A stretch of 32,000 nt of DNA, from contig CP060262.1 of the NCBI GenBank assembly GCA_022646745.1, positions 1,650,001 through 1,682,000 on the forward strand, read 5' to 3'. Positions 14,941 to 22,472 of the stretch are shown here, piece after piece. The notes under the pieces are model-generated. The model was given only the letters and a program-made list of their open reading frames with translations, was not told where the DNA came from and made no database searches. A program made the translations under genes and the position numbers. This stretch comes from Planctomycetales bacterium. GTDB lineage: Bacteria; 4484-113; JAFGCY01. Positions within the stretch are counted from its first letter, which is position 1. Every line of letters starts with the position of its first letter.

Positions 14941-17541
14941 CTAAGGCGTGTGGAAGTAGACCTTGTCCGCCACGTAGCCCGGGATCTCCAGCTTGCCGGG
15001 GTAGAGGATATGCACGGTCACATAGCCCTCGAAACCAGGTTCCAGCTCGATAACCGGGTCCGTGTAGTCGATGTAGCTCGCCTCCGGCGGGTCCACCACG
15101 TACCAGGTGTTCGGGTTCTCGGTGATGTCGAGGTCAATCTCGTCCAGCACCTGAAGGCGGTAGCGCTTGCCGGTCTCGATGATGTACGGGTCGTCCAGGC
15201 TGCCGTCACCGCCCAGCGGCGTGTCGAACAGCAGCAGCTTGGGCAGCGGGGCCAGCAGGTTGATCTTGATCGCGTCCTCGAACTCCGGGCTGACCCAGTC
15301 ATATTCATTGCCCTGCGCATCCTTGTAGCGCGCAACGGGTGTCTTGTAGCGGTAGCCGGCCAGCACGAAGGCCGGTTCGTAGATCCGCAGGTCGAAGTTG
15401 AACAGCGCACCGGAGGCATTGCTCAGGTTGAGGCTGCTGGCAGGCGTGATCTGCACGTCGAAGTTCTGGAAGTACTTGCCGGCGAAGTAGGCGACCGGAT
15501 AGATGTTGGCATCCATCGTGAGCGGGCCGCTGCCGAGGTTCTTCCAGATGCCGTCGGCGAAGTCGTCAGCGCCACCCTGCACGCCGGGGTTGATGCTGCC
15601 CTCCACCACCTCAGCGCTGCCGAGCACGTGCAGCGTGATCCTGTCCAGGGTGTTGAACGGGTCCTCGCTCTGGTTGGCATAGACCGTCACGTTGACAACC
15701 TGGCCCGGGCGGCGCTCGGTCAGGGCCGGCACCACGTGGATGCTGTCCTGCGCGCCGAACTGCTCGAGCTGGCTGACGCGGTCGGTCCAGATGCGCGCCA
15801 CCTCGCCGAACTGGCTGAGGCGCTGCATGCGGCAGTGCAGGGTCACCTGGCGGCCGGGCTCAATATCCGCTCCCGTGATGCGGCCGAGTGCCAGGCCCTG
15901 GTTGAGCGGGTTGGCATTCTCAAAGGAAGTCAGTTCGGTGAACCAGACCGAGATGTCGCTGAGCTCGGCGTCGCCGGAGTCATCGTACTGGTAGGCATTG
16001 CGCAGCTGCAGCAGGCCGCTGTCGAGCTGGATGTCCTCCACCGTGCCGACGATGGTCACGTCGTCATCGGCGTAGTACTGCTCATCTGTGCGCAGCTTCT
16101 CTTCCAGGGCATCGCTCAGGCCGTTTAGGTCACTGTCATGCAGCCATGTCTCGTTCGAGTAATCCCCGTCCCCGTTCAGGTCGCGCGCCAGTGCACCACT
16201 GGCCGGGTTGAGCCGGGTCGGAGCGCTACTGGGCTGGCCGGGAACCGTGCTTGTGGCATAGATGTCCAGGTAACTGCCGGACTGGCCGTTGGGGACCGCC
16301 TGGATGCTCTGCTGGATGCCGTAGCTCCGTCCGTCGTCTGGCAGCTTGAAGGGGAAGGACAGGGTGAACACCGCCGGGCCGTCCGGGCCGCTGGGCTGGT
16401 TGGGCTCGCCGGTGGCCGGGTTCACAGCGGGCAGGAAGTCCGTCTGCAGGTAGCACAGCTTATCGCGGTGCACTTCATCGAACATCGCCGTGCCGAAGGG
16501 CAGCGGGAAGTCAATCGGATAGTGATACGCACCGGGATCCTCGATGGGGTTTATCAGGCGCATCACCGAATAGCAGTCGTAGCTGTCCGGGTCTGAGGGT
16601 ACGTACTGTCCAAGCGCGCTGCCAGCCTTGCCGCAGAGGTCCAGTAGCTGCATGTCCAGGAAGCGCAGGCTCGCGGTCAGCTCGGCGTTGACAGCCTGGC
16701 CGCTGGCGGGGCCACCCGGATTTCCGTCACGATCGAGGGTGACGACCGTGAGCGCTGCCGCGGACGAGACGCTCTCAGCGGAGACCAGCAGCTCAAAGCG
16801 GGGCGGAAGCCCGCTGCCCGGCTCGCGGATGCCGTCTGAGTATGGCACCTGCTGCAGCAGTTCTCCATCAGCGTACAGGTGGAAGTGGTCAATCGTGTTG
16901 CCGAAGTTGCGGGCGATGGTCGTGATGTCCGCCAGGTTCAGCTCCCCGTTGCCATCCCCGTCCACCCAGTAGCGCGGGTTGAAGCGGCTCCAGGGATCGT
17001 TGCCGGTGGTGGACTGGCCGAAGTACAGTGCCAGCGGAATCAGGTCGGCGACGTTCACCTCGCCGTTGTGGTCGTAGTCCCCGAGGTTGACCGCGGTCCA
17101 GTTCAGCTTCAGGTAGTTGTCAGCGGCGGGACTGATGATGAAGTCGGTCACGCGGTTGTCAACCGCGAGGATGCTGGGATCACGCTCCTCCGGCAACCCG
17201 CTGAGCTGGATCTCGGCCGTGGCCACGGCTCCATGCAATGGTGCAAGGCTGATGTCCAGCATATTGCCATTGACCTGCGCCAGGGCAAGCAGATCGGCAG
17301 TGCTGCTCAGGAATACACTGCCTTCCGCCGGACCATCGGCAAGCCCGATGCTGCGGGTGGCACCTGTGGAGGGGATGTTGGCAGCGGACAGGCGGAGGCC
17401 ATCACGGCCTGACTGCAGGACCTCAATGGTGAGCGGCCTGCCGCTCCGCTCCGTATCCGCGCCAGCCTTGCCACCGCCGCCGCAGGAGTACAGCAGCAGG
17501 AGCAGCGGGAGCGCGAGCAGTTGGAGCCGTTGCCAGTTCAT
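14941..17541 (-). CDS. Large secreted (lipobox-like LLYSC) protein with a type-I dockerin-like double EF-hand module; the remainder is unknown
   Basis: Signal: MNWQRLQLLALPLLLLLYSCGGGG. Two dockerin-type Ca-binding repeats: DYDHNGEVNVADLIPLALYFG and DGDGNGELNLADITTIARNFG. Its ATG overlaps the MocR stop (ATGA at 17538..17541). Confidence 0.75.
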   Translation of the reverse strand: MNWQRLQLLALPLLLLLYSCGGGGKAGADTERSGRPLTIEVLQSGRDGLRLSAANIPSTGATRSIGLADGPAEGSVFLSSTADLLALAQVNGNMLDISLAPLHGAVATAEIQLSGLPEERDPSILAVDNRVTDFIISPAADNYLKLNWTAVNLGDYDHNGEVNVADLIPLALYFGQSTTGNDPWSRFNPRYWVDGDGNGELNLADITTIARNFGNTIDHFHLYADGELLQQVPYSDGIREPGSGLPPRFELLVSAESVSSAAALTVVTLDRDGNPGGPASGQAVNAELTASLRFLDMQLLDLCGKAGSALGQYVPSDPDSYDCYSVMRLINPIEDPGAYHYPIDFPLPFGTAMFDEVHRDKLCYLQTDFLPAVNPATGEPNQPSGPDGPAVFTLSFPFKLPDDGRSYGIQQSIQAVPNGQSGSYLDIYATSTVPGQPSSAPTRLNPASGALARDLNGDGDYSNETWLHDSDLNGLSDALEEKLRTDEQYYADDDVTIVGTVEDIQLDSGLLQLRNAYQYDDSGDAELSDISVWFTELTSFENANPLNQGLALGRITGADIEPGRQVTLHCRMQRLSQFGEVARIWTDRVSQLEQFGAQDSIHVVPALTERRPGQVVNVTVYANQSEDPFNTLDRITLHVLGSAEVVEGSINPGVQGGADDFADGIWKNLGSGPLTMDANIYPVAYFAGKYFQNFDVQITPASSLNLSNASGALFNFDLRIYEPAFVLAGYRYKTPVARYKDAQGNEYDWVSPEFEDAIKINLLAPLPKLLLFDTPLGGDGSLDDPYIIETGKRYRLQVLDEIDLDITENPNTWYVVDPPEASYIDYTDPVIELEPGFEGYVTVHILYPGKLEIPGYVADKVYFHTP

Positions 17542-19088
17542 TCGTACAGGTCCTTGAAGGAGGATGCTTCCCGCTTGAGCAGGGCCGGGTCGGCAATTGC
17601 CTTGCCGATCTGCTCACAGAGGATGACTACTCCCTTTTCTATCTCACTGGTTGCGGTCCGGCTAAATGATAACCTGAGCGCATTGATGTCGGAATGGTCC
17701 GGCATCAGGAACGCTCCCGGAGTGAAGTCCACGCCCGCGCGCCGTGCCATGCTGAGCAGTGCGATCCCGCGGATGCCGGCCGGCAGCTTGAGCCAGAAGG
17801 CGAAGCCGCCGTTCGGGATGTCGTAACTGCAGCCCTCCGGCAGGTGCTCTCGCAGCAGCTTGTCCATGATGTTCCTGCGCTTGCGGTATTCCCGGGCCGC
17901 ATGCCGCACATGCTTGGAATAGTAACCGCGCTGGATGAACTCATGCAGCAGCACCTGCAGGAAGTAGCTGTCCCCGCTGTCTCGCCCGAGCTTGGCAGCC
18001 ACGATGTCGTAGGCCAGGCTGGAGGGCGCGCAGATCCAGCCGACCCGGATGCCCGGCAGGAAGGACTTGGCGAAGGTGCCGATGTGGATCACGTAGTTGC
18101 CGGAGTCCATTGCCTTCAGCGGCAGCGGGGCCTTGCCTTCATAGCGCAGCTGGCGGCCATAGTCATCCTCGATGATCGGCAGCCTGAAGCGCTCCGCCAA
18201 TTCCAGCAGGGCAGATCGCCGCTCCACGGACATGGTGATCCCGGTCGGGTTGTGGTAGGTCGGCGTGACTACGATCGCCCCGATGTTGCCGGACTGCAGT
18301 TCCTGTTCCAGCAGATCGGTGCGCATCCCATGTTCGTCCAGTTCAATCTGCACAAATGGAATTCGCTGGACCGAAAGGCAGTTGAATATGCCATGGAAGG
18401 TCGGGGCTTCGATGGCAACCTTCTGGCCCGGCTTCAGGATCATGGAAAGCACGAGCCCGAGCGCGCGGCGGAAGCCGCCTGAGATGATGATGTCGTTCTC
18501 ACCTTCGGCCATCGCCACACCGTTGAGCGCCATTTCCTTCTCGAGGTGCTCAACCAGCGGCTGGTATCCCTGCGGATGGCCGGTGTCGAAGAAGAACTCC
18601 TGCGGGTTCCAGAGCATGCTGGTGGCAACCTGCTTGATGCGGTCGAAGGGGAACAGCGATGGGTCGGGGAAATTGCTTACGAAAGAAATGGTTGATCCGT
18701 GGAATTTCCGGCTCATCGGAACGCCGAAGAACTCTGTCGGGATGACAAGCGGCTCCCACTCAAGCGGTACACGGTTCTGCTGGGAGGCGATGGTTTCATC
18801 GCGGGTGCGCAGGTTGCTGCCGAGCACGATCTCCGGATGTTCGGTGATATAGGTGCCGCTGCCACTGCGGCGTTCGATGATGTTCTCCGCCGCCAGCATG
18901 TCGTAGGCGTTGAAAACCGTGGTGACGGAGACGTCAAGGTCCCTGGCCAGGTTGCGCACGCTCGAAATCCGCTCGCCGGGGGCGAGCAGGCCGTCACGGA
19001 CGAGACTCACGATCTGTTCATGGATCTGAAGGTAGAGAGGAGTCTGGCTGTCCTTATCAAGCAGGATCTTAAGGTCCACGCACCTCAA
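17538..19088 (-). CDS. MocR/PdxR-type regulator: GntR-family wHTH fused to a class I/II aminotransferase-fold (PLP) domain
   Basis: wHTH region: PLYLQIHEQIVSLVRDGLLAPGERISSVRNLARDLDVSVTTVFNAYDMLAAENIIERRSGSGTYI. This is followed by a ~400-aa aminotransferase-like region (IIISGGFRRALGLV, TPTYHNPTG, IHIGTFAKSFLPGIRVGW with the candidate PLP lysine in FAK). The start is ambiguous (TTG 19088 or GTG 19079). Confidence 0.85.
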   Translation of the reverse strand: MRCVDLKILLDKDSQTPLYLQIHEQIVSLVRDGLLAPGERISSVRNLARDLDVSVTTVFNAYDMLAAENIIERRSGSGTYITEHPEIVLGSNLRTRDETIASQQNRVPLEWEPLVIPTEFFGVPMSRKFHGSTISFVSNFPDPSLFPFDRIKQVATSMLWNPQEFFFDTGHPQGYQPLVEHLEKEMALNGVAMAEGENDIIISGGFRRALGLVLSMILKPGQKVAIEAPTFHGIFNCLSVQRIPFVQIELDEHGMRTDLLEQELQSGNIGAIVVTPTYHNPTGITMSVERRSALLELAERFRLPIIEDDYGRQLRYEGKAPLPLKAMDSGNYVIHIGTFAKSFLPGIRVGWICAPSSLAYDIVAAKLGRDSGDSYFLQVLLHEFIQRGYYSKHVRHAAREYRKRRNIMDKLLREHLPEGCSYDIPNGGFAFWLKLPAGIRGIALLSMARRAGVDFTPGAFLMPDHSDINALRLSFSRTATSEIEKGVVILCEQIGKAIADPALLKREASSFKDLYE

Positions 19089-19111
19089 TTATTCCAGAAT
19101 CAGCAAAGCAG

Positions 19112-19124
19112 AAAGTAATCACTT
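19112..19124. promoter_or_regulatory. Imperfect palindromic box AAAGTAATCACTT close to the MocR start codon (variant of the AGTGATCA box)
   Basis: Read directly, 24-36 nt upstream of the TTG at 19088. It is related to the four perfect AGTGATCA boxes further upstream. Confidence 0.35.
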
Positions 19125-19224
19125 CGTATCGTTTTTGGAAGAACGCTTTGTGGCAGCACTTATATGGCGGTTCAGGTGGCCGGCCTGGGGACTGCCCGTT
19201 CGCCATTGATACAGGTCCACACCT

Positions 19225-19254
19225 TATATTCCAATCAGTACATTCTGATGTCAA
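19225..19254 (-). promoter_or_regulatory. Candidate promoter of the MocR operon: perfect -35 TTGACA (19254..19249) with a weak -10 (AATATA/GAATAT) 17-18 nt downstream
   Basis: Minus-strand reading: TTGACAtcagaatgtactgattggAATATAagg. The -10 is poor, so this call is tentative. Confidence 0.3.
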
Positions 19255-19311
19255 TGTTCAGTAGTATTGAGACTGCCGTATTCTCCGTCAGGCCTTTATC
19301 CATGGGGAATC

Positions 19312-19373
19312 AGTGATCATGCCAAAATCATCAGAAAGTGATCATTGCTGCAATATCAATAGCTGAGTATCAT
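19312..19373 (+). promoter_or_regulatory. Regulatory module 1: AGTGATCA (19312..19319) - N17 - AGTGATCA (19337..19344), abutting -35 TTGCTG (19345..19350) - N17 - -10 TATCAT (19368..19373)
   Basis: Read directly. It is followed 6 nt later by a 10-bp-stem hairpin (19380..19410). The geometry is identical to module 2. Confidence 0.55.
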
Positions 19374-19474
19374 CTCCATAGCGCACCTCCATCGGCCCGT
19401 GGGGTGCGCTATCCTCTTTCTTGGGCCTGCCGAATACCCCCGCACGAATTCCAGCTCCTGAGATCCTGTTGCAA

Positions 19475-19536
19475 AGTGATCACTTTCTCATACATACAAA
19501 GTGATCATTGAGATGCACCCCATAATCCCGTACCAT
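19475..19536 (+). promoter_or_regulatory. Regulatory module 2: AGTGATCA (19475..19482, inside the 14-bp palindrome AAAGTGATCACTTT) - N17 - AGTGATCA (19500..19507), abutting -35 TTGAGA (19508..19513) - N17 - -10 TACCAT (19531..19536)
   Basis: Read directly. It is followed 6 nt later by a 7-bp-stem hairpin (19543..19564). Both hairpins carry GCCCGTGG. Confidence 0.55.
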
Positions 19537-19542
19537 GCTAAG

Positions 19543-19714
19543 GGGATCCGTGCCCGTGGATCCCGTGAATCTCGGCACGTATTGCGCGCCGAACTGGTCC
19601 AGGCGGGTGCGAGCCTGCCTGCAGCATGAATAACTTACGCTTACACCAAAAGCGCCGCGAGGCAGTTATTCAAGGCGGTGGAGCAGCAATGACTCCATCG
19701 CCTTAATGCTTTCT
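19543..19714 (+). ncRNA. Candidate ORF-less structured transcript downstream of module 2 (hypothetical sRNA or leader)
   Basis: Successive hairpins: GGGATCC/GGATCCC (19543..19564); GAATAACT/AGTTATTC (19628..19671); and a 12-bp stem AAGGCGGTGGAG/CTCCATCGCCTT (19672..19704) followed by AATGCTTTCT. No ORF longer than ~30 codons, and no family recognised. Confidence 0.25.
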
Positions 19715-19716
19715 AA

Positions 19717-19804
19717 GGGAACAGGGAACAGGGAACGGGGATCAGGGAACGGGGATCAGAAGCAGAAACAGAATCAGAAGCAGAATCAGAAGCAGAAGCA
19801 GATT
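19717..19804. repeat. Composite microsatellite: 6 heptamers (GGGAACA GGGAACA GGGAACG GGGATCA GGGAACG GGGATCA) followed by 8 hexamers (CAGAAN)
   Basis: Read directly: heptamers 19717..19758, hexamers 19757..19804. Same architecture and orientation as 474..577. Confidence 0.9.
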
Positions 19805-19933
19805 CTGTAGCGGCGGCTTCCAGCCGCCGGACTTCAGAGCTTACATAACTCAGCATCCACTAACCAAGCTATCAGGAATCTTCTGGCGGCTGGCTGCCGC
19901 CACTCCAGCGAGCAAAATGCTCGCGCTCCAATC

Positions 19934-19966
19934 CTCATCCCGCATACCTCATACCCCATCCCGCAG
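19934..19966. repeat. Tandem heptamers CTCATCC CGCATAC CTCATAC CCCATCC CGCAG(TA), about 30 nt downstream of the stop of the minus-strand gene 19997..21493
   Basis: Read directly. Same unit family as 4006..4040. A hairpin TAAAGGCC...GGCCTTTA lies between the stop codon and the array. Confidence 0.85.
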
Positions 19967-19996
19967 TAAAGGCCCGAGCCCTGCGCCCAGCGGCCT

Positions 19997-21493
19997 TTAC
20001 AGCTGCCGCTCGATCTTGGCAATCGTTGCGTTACGGTCCCGGTTGTCCGGGTCGAGCTTCGCGGACTGCTTCAGTGAGGCGAGGGCCAGTTCGGTGCTGC
20101 CGGTGGAAAGGTAGAAGCTGGCCAGCATGTCATGCGCGTCCGGGTCGGACTGGTTGTGCTGAACGTGCAGCTGCAGCAGCGCAATCGCCTGCTTCGGCAG
20201 GCCGTCGCGCACCAGGTGCTTGCCGGTCGAGACCACCAGCTCAGTGAGCTGCTGCTCGCTCAGGCTGCGGCTGGCGGCACTGTAGATCCGCTCCGCCCCG
20301 CGCCCGCCATTCTCGTAGAAGTCGTGCTCCAGGTCGCGGCGTGCGATGAAGCGCGGGTCCTCGAAGTCCGCATAGGGCAGCCAGTCGAAGGCCGGGTGCG
20401 GTCCGTCCAGCACGGTGCCGGCCAGGCGCTCGGCCACGCTCAGGCCGTTGGCGGAATTCGTCAGCATGATGATCCCGCTGCCGAGCTGCGGGTCGACCAT
20501 CACGAAGCTGCGGTAGTCCAGGTTGTCACCCCACTGCCAGACATTGTTGCCATGGCGGCCGGCCTCGATGCCGAAGCCCAGCCCCCAGTAGACGCTGCTG
20601 TCATTCTCGCCGCCGAAGAAGCCGGTCGGGCGGGCCTGGGCAGTGCTCATCATGCTGGCCAGCTTGTTGTCAATTCCCTCGCGGCGCAGCAGGGCCTCGA
20701 TGAAGCGGCCGTAGTCCTCAGCCGTTGTCAGCAGTGTGCCGGCCGGGTTCATCGTGCGCCGTGTCGGCAGGGTCTGGCCGGTCGGCCGGCCCAGCAGGTC
20801 ATGCCCGCCGGCCAGCTTGCGCGCCACCTGCTCATCGGCGACATAGCTCGAGTTGCGCATCCTGAGCGGTCCGAACACCTCGGACTGCATGAAGTCCTGC
20901 AGGTCCTCACCGGTGATGCGCTGCACCACCTGCTGCAGGTAGACGAAACCCTCGCCGGAGTATTCCCAGCTGCTGCCGGGCTCGAATGACAATTCGAGCT
21001 CCGCCCCGCTGGTCCAGTTCGGCAGGCCGCTTGTATGACTGAGCACCATCCGCGCCGTGATCTCACGGTAGCGCGGGTCATGCTTCAGCCGCGGGTTCTC
21101 CTCATACTCGCACAGCGGGCGGTCGAGGTCGATCAGTCCGCGGTTGGCCAGCCGCAGCACGGCGTAGGTGAACAGCGGCTTGGACAGTGAGGCGGCGAAG
21201 AAGCGCGTGTCACGCTCCACCGGCCGGTTGGTGGCACGGTCCATCGTGCCGAAGTTGCCAACATAGCTGACGCGGCTGTGCTGCAGGACGACAACGGACA
21301 TCCCGGGGATGTCAGCACCGTCCATCAGGCGCGGCACCAGCCTGTCGAGGTCACCGTGGGTCAGTTTCGCCGGGATGGCCTGGGCCTGGCCGGCTGTGAG
21401 TACACTGAGGAAGATGACTACGGTGGCGATCAGTCTTCCCAGGCGGTCCGCATCGTGAATCCATCCCTGCAGGTGCAGCATTTCACTTCCCAT
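19997..21493 (-). CDS. Secreted serine hydrolase of the beta-lactamase/PBP (class C-like, PF00144-type) fold with a C-terminal TPR-like domain
   Basis: Signal-like region: RLGRLIATVVIFLSVLTAGQAQA. SxxK nucleophile motif: FAASLSKPLFTYAV, followed by HTSGLP and YSGEGF. The C-terminal ~100 aa (QAIALLQLHVQHNQSDPDAHDMLASFYLSTGSTELALASLKQSAKLDPDN) looks like TPR repeats. Confidence 0.85.
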   Translation of the reverse strand: MGSEMLHLQGWIHDADRLGRLIATVVIFLSVLTAGQAQAIPAKLTHGDLDRLVPRLMDGADIPGMSVVVLQHSRVSYVGNFGTMDRATNRPVERDTRFFAASLSKPLFTYAVLRLANRGLIDLDRPLCEYEENPRLKHDPRYREITARMVLSHTSGLPNWTSGAELELSFEPGSSWEYSGEGFVYLQQVVQRITGEDLQDFMQSEVFGPLRMRNSSYVADEQVARKLAGGHDLLGRPTGQTLPTRRTMNPAGTLLTTAEDYGRFIEALLRREGIDNKLASMMSTAQARPTGFFGGENDSSVYWGLGFGIEAGRHGNNVWQWGDNLDYRSFVMVDPQLGSGIIMLTNSANGLSVAERLAGTVLDGPHPAFDWLPYADFEDPRFIARRDLEHDFYENGGRGAERIYSAASRSLSEQQLTELVVSTGKHLVRDGLPKQAIALLQLHVQHNQSDPDAHDMLASFYLSTGSTELALASLKQSAKLDPDNRDRNATIAKIERQL

Positions 21494-21738
21494 CCACGTT
21501 AAGTGTCATTCCCCGATGCAGTGCAATAGACGCGCCCGATCTCGCGATGGTTTCGGCTGTGTCAGGAAAATCCGGAATGTTTATGGATGGCGGTGAATTA
21601 GATGTGAAGAAACGCGCAAGGTTTCATGACCCGGGTTGTCAGGGGGCTGCGTGGCGTGTCCGCGCCAGTCGCTTTACACTCCATATGACGCAGACAAGCG
21701 CTGATTGTTCCGGTAACGCGCGGAAATTCCGGAAAACG

Positions 21739-22134
21739 CTAGCGGCGCTTGCGGATCAGGAAGTACAACGAAACCGCTGCGCCGACGAACACCAGCGCGG
21801 ATGCGACAACCACTGGAATGGTCTCGGAGGTGGTGCCGCCAAGCACCACGAAGCAAGTGCCGAAGAAGCCGGCGAACACCCCGATGCAGCTCAGGCAGGC
21901 GATGCCCAGGCCGCGTATGAGGGATCGTCCACCGCCGCTTGACTGCTGGAAGCTCGGCGGCGGAGGCGGAGCTTCGCGTGACCACTGCTGCGCTCCACCC
22001 TGTTGCCACTGCGGCGGCGGTGGCGGGGCGGAAGGTGGATCCGGCGGTGGAGGTGGAGCAGCTTCGCCGTGGTTCTGCGGGGCATGCGGGGGATCGACCG
22101 GATCGTGTTCGTTATCATGCGGGAAGTCGTTCAT
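21739..22134 (-). CDS. Small membrane protein (131 aa): proline-rich N-terminus (PPPPPDPPSAPPPPPQW...APPPPPSF) plus two C-terminal TM helices
   Basis: The internal ATG at 22134 is preceded by GGAGG with 6-nt spacing and overlaps the upstream stop as ATGA (22131..22134). The longer track ORF (to 22407) overlaps the upstream gene out of frame. Confidence 0.6.
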   Translation of the reverse strand: MNDFPHDNEHDPVDPPHAPQNHGEAAPPPPPDPPSAPPPPPQWQQGGAQQWSREAPPPPPSFQQSSGGGRSLIRGLGIACLSCIGVFAGFFGTCFVVLGGTTSETIPVVVASALVFVGAAVSLYFLIRKRR

Positions 22135-22472
22135 TGCCAGCCTCCGAGGCGCAGGATGCTGGGCAGCTCGATCCCGGCCCAGGCGCAGTAACCGGCCCCG
22201 AGTGCCACCGCTCCCCAGAAGCCGCAGATCAGGGGCGGGCTCTTGGCGAAGCAGCGGGTGTCCATCCGGCCGTGCCACATCATCACGACGTAGCAGAACA
22301 CGGTGCCAAGCGCGATCAGCGTGAGCACGTACTTCGGCCCGGCCAGCAGCATCGCGAGGAAGGCCAGCGTGGCGGCCTTGCAGAAGGTGAAGGCGATGCC
22401 TTCCCACTTGGCGGCCTCGCGGCGCTGCAGTTCAGCGTTGTCAGGCTGGGCCTGTCCCACATGGCTATCCAT
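22131..22472 (-). CDS. Small integral membrane protein (113 aa, about 3 TM helices), unknown family
   Basis: The ATG at 22472 is preceded by GGGGAGAGAG and overlaps the Lgt-like stop by 8 nt. Sequence: MDSHVGQAQPDNAELQRREAAKWEGIAFTFCKAATLAFLAMLLAGPKYVLTLIALGTVFCYVVMMWHG... Confidence 0.6.
   Translation of the reverse strand: MDSHVGQAQPDNAELQRREAAKWEGIAFTFCKAATLAFLAMLLAGPKYVLTLIALGTVFCYVVMMWHGRMDTRCFAKSPPLICGFWGAVALGAGYCAWAGIELPSILRLGGWQ

Noticed and set aside
14935-16128. Long plus-strand ORF (397 aa), and similar long ORFs at 4569..5354(-), 5734..6558(-), 6206..7213(-), 11173..12468(-), 12682..13761(-), 17694..18482(+), 20132..20989(+), 23213..23767(+) and 24158..24889(+)
   Set aside because: All lie antisense to, or off-frame within, genes with clear motifs. 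Their translations have the R/A/G/V/H/L-rich, motif-free composition typical of shadow ORFs in high-GC DNA.
19540-19625. Possible cobalamin or other riboswitch in the hairpin-rich region (GGGATCC...GTGAATCTCGGCAC...)
   Set aside because: I could not find the conserved B12-box or other riboswitch core sequences I know, and no gene lies downstream on that strand. I kept it only as an unclassified structured-RNA candidate.
19535-19633. 32-codon ORF MLRGSVPVDPVNLGTYCAPNWSRRVRACLQHE as a possible peptide (RiPP precursor for the radical SAM enzyme?)
   Set aside because: Its ATG lies inside the predicted -10 hexamer, it has no SD, it is 4 kb and three genes away from the radical SAM gene, and it is on the opposite strand.
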